A stretch of 64,000 nt of DNA from Penicillus capitatus (lineage: Eukaryota > Plantae > Chlorophyta), in the NCBI GenBank assembly GCA_965649825.1, contig OZ287702.1:920786-984785 (forward strand), written 5' to 3'. Below the pieces are notes generated by a model that ran no database searches, had not been told where the DNA came from, and was given only the letters and a program-made list of their open reading frames with translations. Of this stretch, positions 54,997 through 64,000 are shown piece after piece. The stretch's first letter is position 1. Every line of letters starts with the position of its first letter. A program made the translations under genes and the position numbers.

Positions 54997-55348
54997 CTGC
55001 GCGGACATGCAGTTAAGTGTCCAAAAAGGGACCAAAAATAAAAAACAGACACAAAATGAAAACTCACAGGAGCAAAAATGAAGGCCGCGGACAGACACAG
55101 AAAGAAATAAAAGGTCTTCATACAAACTCAAAAATTAAAACAGACAAGTGTACAGACAAAGCAGGAATGCTGTAAAGTAAGGAAGAAACACAGAAAGCAA
55201 TACAGCAAACAAGGAGATGGTCACACGTCAGAAAGGAAACAGAGGTTCCGTTGGCCAAGAAGAGGAAAACTGGCATCCAGGGAGAGAGAGCGAAACGAAA
55301 AAGGAAATAGAAAGACGGCCTGGGTGCCGCCGATCTGAAAGCCATCAC
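54997..55348 (-). other. Structured spliceosomal-intron-like element, copy A (352 nt)
   Basis: CCG|GTGATG donor at 55348, ACTTAAC branch-like motif, CGCAG| acceptor at 54997, T-rich interior. Ends are homologous to copy B. Confidence 0.55.
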
Positions 55349-55746
55349 CGGAGGGAGATCAAGCCACGCTCTGAATTAGCGACACTCCCTCGCGGATGTT
55401 TAGGCTGATCCTTTTCTGGTTCTTGCATGCCATGCATCCCCCTAAGAAAATCTACTCAGCCAAATGCAAACAGAGATCAGTAAATTGGATTACCTCTATA
55501 GTCAATGTTGTAAAGGGGAACATTGTCTGTAACTCTCACCTTGGAAAGTACTGTTAAACCCCATCTGTAAAGACAGAGTTAGATGTGACATTTAGTGACA
55601 TGAGAACACACCTTTGGCTAGCGGCGCCGCTCGATGCAACCTGGCAGAGGTACCAGTGACCTCTCCCGAAAAGCAGCCCTGGGAAGGGTGAGAATTCCCA
55701 GTGTGATTGGCGAATATCCCTGGAATCGTCCTATGGACCCGGCGCG

Positions 55747-56188
55747 CTGCGAGGACATGCAAACAAGAGGTCCAAAAAGGGACCCAGCACACACAGCGAA
55801 TCAAGAAAGCAAGGAAAGCAAGGAAACGTAAACAGAAAACAGAAAACAGAAAACAGAAAGAACAGGACAGGATGAACATCGCAATGGCACTTAAAGAACA
55901 CAGTTCAAGAGAAAACAACAAAGAAAGAAAAGATAAAAAGACATGCAATAGGGGACAACGGAATCGGCGACAGGCACAAGAAAGGTAAACACAATCACAG
56001 AGCAGAAAAACAGACAAGGAAAGCAATGACAACTGCCAGGCACACAAAAAGACAATACACAGGCACACAGGAAGAAATACAAAGGCCGATTCCGTTGCCC
56101 AGATCGAAGAAGACGGGCATCCAAGGGAGAAAGAGAGAGAAAAGGGACAGAAGAGACGGCCCTGGATGCCGATCCAAAGGACGCTTAC
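55747..56188 (-). other. Structured spliceosomal-intron-like element, copy B (442 nt)
   Basis: CAG|GTAAGC donor at 56188, pyrimidine-rich CGCAG| acceptor at 55747. Removal joins ORF 56453-56189 in frame to an open exon ending at TAA 55592. Confidence 0.6.
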
Positions 56189-58073
56189 CTGTGGGCATCG
56201 ACCGAATCACGTGGCTGCCCAATGTCATGGTCTCTGCTCTCCCTGTCGCCCAACCATCCTCCCTGATGCGGCTGCCGCTGCCTGGGGTGGGGTGGATCAG
56301 TGCAAGGTAAGTGATCCAAGACTGCTCGTGGGCTTCTCGAACGTCGGCACTGACTGCCTCACCAGAAGCCATTCTGCTTTCCGCCTCCCGCAGCTGGTGG
56401 CTCTTCTCTCTGCAGGTGTCCAGTTGCCGCCTTTGCCGTGTTGTTCTCTTCAAACTCTGTCAGCTGGTCCGTTCACGATTCTGTCAGTGAGATGAAGAGG
56501 AAGTGAGTGCCTCTTCTGGAAGACATCTACCAGGAGTCTATCTCTCCTTCTGACACGTCTTCTTCATCTCATCCTGATGACACTGCATCCTTGAGCACAA
56601 GAGCAGATGTGACATTCTCTACCTGATGAGACATGTCAGTGCAGTGCTCGTGTTGTCGAGTGGCGCCTCTCCAAGTCATGGTCGAGGAAGACCACCAATT
56701 CGTCCTCTTCTGCCCTGTGGAAGGGCGGTTGTCACTCTTTTGATCCTCCTGGAGTCTTGTTCTGTCATCGGAGGATGCAGCGGCAGCTTCTGTCGAGTCT
56801 TCGGAAAGAGGAGCCGCATTCGGGCTAACTCGGACATCCAGCTTGTCAGCATTCCCGGGCACACGTCTCTGACAGATCCAATAGCAGTGCTCCGAAGGAA
56901 TCTGATGCAGCACAGCCACTCATGCTTCTCCGCAACTGTGATAGCCAATATCCACGCTTCGTCTGCAACAGGTGGTCTTTGACTGGGCAAACTGGCTGAA
57001 GGAATTACCTCAAATGTTCGTCTGAACCACGTCTTCCTTTGCCAGATTGGATGCATCTCATTTCTTGTCGAGTTCTTCGTTTTTCGGAGGGAAAAATTGC
57101 CTCTTCTCGAAGAAGCAAGCACTAAAGGTGTGGCAGTGATTGTTTGAGATCTTGATTGATCTCATCGAGTGTCCATGCCCCATGCGTCCTCCTCTTCAAC
57201 TCCACATTGATTCTGTGAGATGCAGGCTCATCTGGTGCATAGGAGACAGAGAGAGAGACATACCTGGAATGAACAAAAGGAATCTTCGTCGAGACCAGGG
57301 GCTGATCTTTTGGTTTCGTGCAGCTTTCAGGCCACTGCCAGAGTGACCAATTCGAAAAACAGTTAGCTGACTTGGCCATCAACAAGGCTCCTTTATTCTG
57401 ATGATCTTACAGCTCGGGTGGCCTGTGCATTTCTTCGAAACTCTAGAGTTCAGAGTTCCAATGCCTCGAAAATCTGATCCAGGGCATCTTATCAACTCTT
57501 GGCAAAGAATGCACTCCAGCTTTCTTCCTGGCGTATCCAGTCTCCTGGGATGCGATCAACGGCCTTTGGTTGTACCATCATCGTTGTCCGAGTGCATGAA
57601 TCCAGGCGAGACAAGATACATCTCTCTTCAATCCAGGGTGGCTTTGGCAGTCGTTGTCTGTGATCTGAGTCTTCTTCTTTACTCCAGTCCAGACGCCAGA
57701 GAACACTCAATGCCATAGCACCGCGAGATCCAGGATTTCACTGTCATCCAGCAATCATGTCTTCCGTCGTCATGATTGATGAATCTGTTGCCGAATCCAT
57801 CACTTCTCACGAGACGATAGATCAAAGCCTCGTAGAAAAGGCTCGATCCAAACTGTCTTCTCTTGACCAAATCGCCTCTGTCATTGCATCCAGGCCACTG
57901 CTGCCACTTCCTTCGACACTGTCTCTTCAAATGCCTGTCAAATCAAGTGTACAGGAAGGAGCATGAGGCATCTGCAGATTACCTTGAGGAATGTGTTGGC
58001 GAGTGCAGGATGCGATAAGCTGACGTACGCATCAAAGGGCTCCTTGGTCAGACGAATTCAATCTTCCGAAACT

Positions 58074-58155
58074 GATTCAACCGAGCTCATGTAGACTTTC
58101 CAGCTGATTCGACCCAGCTCATGTAGACTTCGCAGTAGATTCAACTGAGCTCACG
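58074..58155. repeat. Imperfect 32-bp tandem repeat, about 2.5 copies
   Basis: gattcaaccgagctcatgtagactttccagct / gattcgacccagctcatgtagacttcgcagta / gattcaactgagctcacg. Confidence 0.85.
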
Positions 58156-58902
58156 CATGATGGAAACTGTGGTCTTCTTGCATGCTCTTCTCGACATGTT
58201 ATCTTTTTTCGGACAATGAACTTTTCTACAGAACAGAGCACCACTCAGCACGAAATGTAAAGTGAAAGGACCTTTTGGGAACCTTAGATTCCCTGGTGTA
58301 CTGGGAACATCATGTAAGATGTCCACAAGCTTTGCAGAATGGATTATGAAGACGGATCTGTCGTCGCGAAAACCAAATTGTGTCCTTCGATAGAGATGTC
58401 TTCAGTCTTGTCGCATTTCTGGAATGGTTATTGCTCTCAGTATCTCCGGCTCTGTCTCATGAATTCTCTTTATGATGTCGGATGGCGACGTTCGATTGCT
58501 GATGATATCTTTCTGGAAATCTTTCCTTCAGGATGCCTGAACATGATGATCCAATCCCTTCATGTCTGATAACAAATCTAAGCATCCAATGATCATAAGG
58601 GGGACACTGTACCTTGATGTTCCACATGACAGCTGTCTGGCCGATTATCATCATATCCATCTGGTTCTGCAAACTTCTTCGTTTTCAGCATGCCTTGTAG
58701 AGCTAATTCAGTTTCATGTTGGTATTCCAGGAAACCAAATCGTTGTTGCACCCACCACCCTGCAGAGAAGGCACCTCATTAGTTTCTGATCCACATAGAG
58801 ATTCAGCATGTCATCTACCATGCCATACAACTGAATACTGTGATGCTCTCTGGCCATTGTTGGAGAACCATATCCATCACTCTTCCCAAGTCCCCTCCCA
58901 GA

Positions 58903-59193
58903 GAACCGGACACCTCGACATCCACCTCCAGCGAACCGGACACCTCGACATCCACCTCCAGCGAACCGGACACCTCGACATCCACCTCCAGCGAACCGGA
59001 CACCTCGACATCCACCTCCAGCGAACCGGACACCTCGACATCCACCTCCAGCGAACCGGACACCTCGACATCCACCTCCAGCGAACCGGACACCTCGACA
59101 TCCACCTCCAGCGAACCGGACACCTCGACATCCACCTCCAGCGAACCGGACACCTCGACATCCACCTCCAGCGAACCGGACACCTCGACATCC
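58903..59193. repeat. Perfect 30-bp minisatellite, 9 full copies plus one partial
   Basis: gaaccggacacctcgacatccacctccagc starting at 58903 and every 30 nt to 59173. No spacers. Confidence 0.98.
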
Positions 59194-59725
59194 TCTACAC
59201 AAAAGACCAGTCCACCCCAGGCATAAACAGATCATCTATCTGCTTATCCCAGACAACAGAAAGAATATAGTCCAGCACGCCATCCACCACCTCCACCTCG
59301 AAGTCCAGTGCTCCAGAACTAAGATCCAGTCCATCCGACAGGCCGCCTTCTCTCCAGAACTGAACACATGAAAACCATCCACCGCAGAAAACAGAAATGG
59401 CTACACAAATGTACCCCAGCGCCGGACAGTAAAGCCATGTACCACTGTTTAATGAACCACAGCAGCTCAAAAACATGTCGGGCCACATTTATCACTAATA
59501 TGAACAGAATCAAAGGCGATCTCCCAGCCATGAGTGCCACTAGCACAAAAAAAAACAGCCGTGCAGCAGCTAAGAAACAAAAGGAAAACAGAACGTCTGT
59601 GTCTAAGTCTGGCCCCTCAAACGATCCAGATCCCAGTAAAGTGCACACATGAGGAATAGCCAATGCAGTCCCGTGCACGATACCAAAAATGACTGTCGAG
59701 GGACGCTCTGAGAGGTAAAAAACAG

Positions 59726-59847
59726 AAAACAGCTGGCAGCGAGCGGAGCTCTAACTCCACAGAAAAAACTGAGAATTTTTTTTTCTTTTTTCTTTTTCCA
59801 GTCCCCCAAAAGAAAACAGCTGGCAGCAAGCGGAGCTCTAACTCCAC
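59726..59847. repeat. 35-bp core duplicated at an 87-bp period, each with a GGAG-N6-CTCC stem followed by A-run/T-run
   Basis: aaaacagctggcagc(g/a)agcggagctctaactccac at 59726 and 59813, one mismatch. Confidence 0.92.
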
Positions 59848-59910
59848 CGAAAAAAGCAAAAAAAAATTTTTTCCTTTTTAACTTTTGCCATCCCCACGAA
59901 TAAAAAAAAC

Positions 59911-61688
59911 TCAACAGAAAGAGGGCTCATCCGGCCAGACTGGGTAAGGCGATGGCGACGAGTACATGTATGGCCGCTGAGGAAAAAGCGGCTGCGCCTG
60001 TTGCGCGGATGCCGTCGCCGCCGGTAGGAGCTCATCCGGCCAGACTGGGTAAGGCGATGGCGACGAGTACATGTATGGCCGCTGAGGAAAAAGCGGCTGC
60101 GCCTGTTGCGCGTATACCTGACCCGCCGGCAAGAGCTCATCCGGCCAGACTGGGTAGGGCGAAGGCGAGGAGTACATGTGTGGCCGCGAAGGAAAAAGCG
60201 GCTGCGCCTGTTGCGCGTATACCTGCCCCGCCGGCAAGAGCTCATCCGGCCAGACTGGGTAGGGCGAAGGCGAGGAGTACATGTGTGGCCGCGAAGGAAA
60301 AAGCGGCTGCGCCTGTTGCGCGTATACCGGCGCCGCCGGCAAGAGCTCATCCGGCCAAACAGGGTAGGGCGACGGCGAGGAGTACATGCATTGCCGCGGA
60401 GGAAAAAGCGGCTGCGCCTGTTGCGCGTATACCGGCGCCGCCGGCAAGAGCTCATCCGGCCAAACAGGGTAGGGCGACGGCGAGGAGTACATGCATTGCC
60501 GCGGAGGAAAAAGCGGCTGCGCCTGGTGCGCGTATACCGGCGCCGTCGGCAAGAGCTCGTCTGGCCAGACAGGGTAGGGCGACGGCGAGGAGTACATGCA
60601 TTGCCGCGGAGGAAAAAGCGGCTGCGCCTGGTGCGCGGATGCCGGCGGCGGAGGACATTGGTGCGGCGGAGCCTGTTGCTCGGATTGCTGCGGTGCTGGT
60701 CTTGGATCCTGCGGCGCAGATGGCGGTGGATGATTGCCCTGCCAGCCAGAACAAGCGTAAGGAGTCGAGTCATGTGTGTGGATGTGGACTTACCTCCGGG
60801 ATGCCTTGGCCGGAAGCGAGGCGCCGTTGTCGTTCCGTGGCGGAAACTCGACGGGGGCGCCTCGTCATTGTCGTGTCCTGTCCGGTTTGGCCACCGGGTG
60901 GTCCAAACCGGACAGGGGGCTCATTGTTAGGCGCCATCTGCGCCGTCGACTGGGCTTTGAGCGCCCAGAATAACTCCTGCCTTGCGGCATCATCCAGCCC
61001 CTCGAACCCCCTAGGGGGGTACTTCCCCCTAACCTCCCGCAGGGTTATCTCTGAGAACCTACAGAGCACAGAAAAGGTTAGTCTCCGTCATGCAGAGCGA
61101 CGTGTCTGTAGGCCGCGTCAGCACGCATGACGGAGAAACGCGCGAAGAGCCGCATGCTGCGCGGCCGGATGGCCACTAGCTCTTCTCCGGCTTTCGGCGT
61201 CCCGACAGTCGGAAAAGCTCTCGCGGAAGGGGATAGCGCGAGAAAGCCAGAGCATGGCTCAGAAGCCGTAACGCATGGCGGCGACGGAGGAGGAGGACGG
61301 AGAACACTTACTCTTTGCCGGGGAACGTATATTTGGGGTCGTTGGCACATGGCGTCGTGGTCTCGCAGTCCATCTTCGGCAGAGAACGCGCGCGCAAAAA
61401 ACAGACAAAAGGTCAGTTACAGCCTGGGGAAGTCCTTTTGACGCCTTGGTTACAGCCTAACGGTCAGAGGACACGGACATGAGAGGTCTCTGGTCTCCGG
61501 GGGTGGATGTTGGGGGCCGACTCGTCGCAGAAGTCGATCACAGGAGCGTCGTGGCACGGATTCCTTTCAGTCGACGTCGTTCTCCGTGGAGCTGGACGCT
61601 CGCAGAAGCCCCGAAGTGTCGTTTGCCATCGATCTGCAGGCATCCTTCGTTGTGCTCGGACACTCGGAGTGGCCGGTGATGCATGCAC
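59911..61688 (-). CDS. Intact orphan spliced gene encoding a Pro/Tyr/Gln-rich protein with 7 x 35-aa repeats (384 aa from ATG 61373; about 454 aa with an upstream exon)
   Basis: Exons 61373-61312, 61058-60794 and 60738-59911 join in frame (GTAAGT donors, ACTAAC branch point, introns of 253 and 55 nt). Optional exon 61688-61479 is also in phase. Repeat-core substitutions are all synonymous in this frame. Confidence 0.75.
59925..60655 (-). repeat. Coding tandem repeat, 7 x 105 bp in three subfamilies (2+2+3)
   Basis: gctc(a/g)tc(c/t)ggcca anchors at 59925, 60030, 60135, 60240, 60345, 60450 and 60555. Confidence 0.97.
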
Positions 61689-62650
61689 GACCCCTCAGAG
61701 AAAGAAAGAGCGCAGTCGGTCAACGGCGTTCGCTCGTCCAGCAGCATTGCGCAGGGTGACGGGCACAGAGAGTGACGGGCGAGCTGCGGGCAGGCAGGTG
61801 CAACTCTGACAAATGCGGATGGCAGCAGATCCAGTCTTCTGGCCGAGCGCAGTCCGCTAGCGCGTAAAAAGAGAGAGAGCTCAGGGAATCGCTGTTTTGA
61901 GTGAGATTACGAAAGATCTGAGTCTTTCGTGTTTCCAGGTTAGCGACACAGTTGTGTTCTGGAGCAGTTGTCTTGCTCGTGTTCTGCTCTGAATCAGTCC
62001 AGGTAGGACACATCGTAGAGTGATATGTGCACGCGAGTGTTCGATGCCACATTCATCGTCTCGTGCTTTCTGAGGTGGAGCTCTGGAGTGGTGGCTGTAT
62101 GGCAGAGGACATGCTAGTATCGTTGCAGCGACCGAGACAGCTGAATCTTCACCTTTATGGGGTGTTTTGTTCTGGCCGACCTCAAATGTTCTGAACAAGT
62201 TTTAAGATGCAGAGGAAGGAGCTCTGATAGAAATGATAGCAGCGTCGGCGTGCACGCGTGAGATCGTTGTACCTGTTGATACGCGTTGAGGGAATCGGTG
62301 TTACATCGTAGCAATTTCTATTGGACGCCCAGAAAAATCAGAGAGCAGAGTGGAGCGAGTGTTGGAGGACAACATGATGATGTGTTACACGTGTGAGTGT
62401 TTACAGTACATGTGCGTGCAGGACGCCATTCTGTAGTCTCGATACTTTTCCAGTTGGAAAAAACAGACAGCTCTCAGCAATGAAACCAACAGCAATGTTT
62501 ACATGAAGAAGGATCGTCTCGATGTGCCAGTCTCCTCAAAGTGAGCAACGCAAGCATTGCGGTGCATCTCAGGAGACCAACCAGGCTGCTATACAGCTCC
62601 AGACGGCCATTCGGCAGTGAGTTGTGTCGCCGTCTTGGGCGAAACAGACA

Positions 62651-64000
62651 CTACGTTGACGGGATCGCTGTATTCCCTGCTGGATGTGGTGTACCTGAGG
62701 CAATGCAATTCCTCTCCATGGGGATGAGGACATCGCCATCCCTAAGCAGGCAAGACAGTTTCACGAGCCACAGGTACCTGTGCGTTTGTGGATGCACCGA
62801 AGAAAAGGGGAAGCTGCACCAAGAACAGTCGTCGAACAGTTCCCATCGTAACCCAAAGACGGCCAACCAGTTCTGCCAGGGCCGCCTGGAGAAGCTCATG
62901 CACTGAGAAACTGAGAGATGGGACGACGGAATGGTTTGTGCTGGTCTTGAAGACGAGAATCCACCCTGCTGAATGAGCAAGTGCGTCGGTTCGCACCTTC
63001 AGCAGACGTCGTTGAAGGCGGGGAACGCGTACAGATTCAGTATACGCAACCGTGAATTCCAGAGACCGTTGGCAAATTCGCCCCCGATCCTGCACGACAA
63101 GGGCCAAGATGCACATGGGTTACACTGTAAAGCGCGCGCCACGAGTCGTCGACTCGGCGCTAAGGCAGCGCTCCAAGGCTCGGTGGACCGGAGATTGGCT
63201 TCACAGGCGCCGGAGGCAACGGCCTTTGACATGGAGTCAAGTCGAGAGCACACGGAATGCCTCCCTGCGGCACGGACAGGAGACAGGTCAAGCCCAATCC
63301 AGATGTGGTTTCTGTCCAGCAAGACTGTCCAGTCTCGAACCTTGAATCGGACTCGGTATCCAGACGTCTAAGCATTGATGAAACTGTCCCCGAGGAAAGT
63401 CTGATCTCTATGACACCGAGATCGACCAGTTTGTTCTCTAAGATCCGGCACCCTCTGCATGGCTGGTGTGACGACTGGAAATCTCGGATGCTCAAATGGC
63501 CAACAGAATTCTCAGCAGCCTTACTTGGGCACTGGCTGAGAGAATGTGGATGGCCGTCGCCAGACAGAGGGCAGCTGACAGTTTGCATGCCAGAAGTGGC
63601 TGTGTGTCCAACGTGTCTGATTATTGGCATGTCACTAGAAGAGTTCGCGCGGATGGCCTGTCTGACAATTGTCTCACAGAGGTTGGCCGGTGCAGCTTCA
63701 GTTCGATTCGATAACGAGGAATCCGGCGAAGATGATTTCCTCCGACGTCAGGCGTCAGGATGGTACCTAGATCAATCCTTGGCTGACAGATCTGAGCAAA
63801 GTGGATTTCGAGAAACTCCTTTCGACGGCGTTCGATATATCCCCATCCAAGAGGCCTTTCAGGAATTGCTAGTTTCATCACCTGGTCGTTGTCGATGTGT
63901 GATTCCATGGGACTCTGAAGAATCTTTACTCGAGAATTGGCTGTTGCCAGGTGGTGCACTTTCCAAAGCAATAAGCATCTCGCCAAGTATTGTATTGTGT
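62651..64000 (-). mobile_element. Degenerate non-LTR retrotransposon relic (zinc-knuckle-like motif plus RTE-like APE endonuclease); 5' part beyond the window
   Basis: In order: CPLSGDGHPHSLSQCP (63573-63529), GHLSIRDF (cf. GTWNVRTL), KLVDLGVIEIR (cf. KLDILGLSEVR), SRRLVARAL, RILNLYAFP (cf. YAP), LLIQQGGFS (cf. GDFN). One frameshift, one TGA, catalytic residues mutated. Confidence 0.6.

Larger units (their letters stand above)
56189..59700. pseudogene. Decayed, CpG-depleted coding-like region (probably TE-associated); family and strand unresolved
   Basis: Protein-like ORF fragments stack in a few linked frames, broken mostly by TGA. Minus-strand splice signals (57263-57213; acceptor 58760 with ACTAAT). 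Only 3 CpG in 58501-58860. Confidence 0.5.

Noticed and set aside
56560-57340. LINE reverse-transcriptase-like words (RSAPGLDE, ALLLDLSE, ALPQG)
   Set aside because: They lie in different frames, the spacing is off, there is no YADD, and a third frame reads as more natural protein. Treated as chance unless a profile search says otherwise.
58156-58190. OTU-protease-like DGNCG motif on the plus strand
   Set aside because: A five-residue match in a frame with several nearby stops and no convincing downstream OTU motifs.
56189-58900. TGA recoding or selenoprotein explanation for the TGA-rich broken frames
   Set aside because: TGA excess appears in several frames on both strands along with TAA/TAG and CpG loss, which fits deamination decay better.
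58903-60655. CRISPR array interpretation of the 30-bp and 105-bp repeats
   Set aside because: Units are contiguous with no unique spacers, there are no cas genes, and the context is eukaryotic.
59838-61130. Long Arg-rich (311 aa, minus) and Ala-rich or Arg-rich (392 and 274 aa, plus) ORFs over the 105-bp array
   Set aside because: Shadows of a GC-rich stop-free repeat. Substitutions are non-synonymous in these frames and synonymous only in the MYSSPSPY frame.
63398-63430. LVDLG as an LTR-retrotransposon aspartic protease motif
   Set aside because: It lacks D(T/S)G, and the flanking motifs fit an APE endonuclease in order.

Overview
Eukaryotic nuclear DNA, most consistent with a compact green-algal (chlorophyte) genome. 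Evidence: standard code, 40-60 nt GT-AG introns, an SBP transcription factor, plant-type long KARI, and plastid transit peptides on hisC, ilvC, rpiA and an MFP1-like gene. Positions 1-54,320 hold about 30 tightly packed, mostly housekeeping genes. Some head-to-head start codons are only 45-82 bp apart and one convergent pair has overlapping stop codons. Unusual genes in this part are a truncated BRO1-only paralog of ALIX sharing four intron positions, a SWT1-like PIN protein with an apparently degenerate active site, and a spliced 899-aa chimera of an integrase-H2C2-like module and eight C4 zinc ribbons. From about 54,400 to the end the sequence becomes an accessory block. It contains a heptamer run, duplicated hairpin units, two homologous structured intron-like elements, a CpG-depleted decayed coding region carrying a young 30-bp minisatellite, an intact GC-rich spliced orphan gene with seven 35-aa Pro/Tyr/Gln repeats whose core changes only synonymously, and a degenerate zinc-knuckle plus RTE-like endonuclease (LINE relic) running off the right edge. 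No tRNA, rRNA or CRISPR array was recognised. All family calls are by eye; no searches were run, and exon boundaries are hand-inferred.
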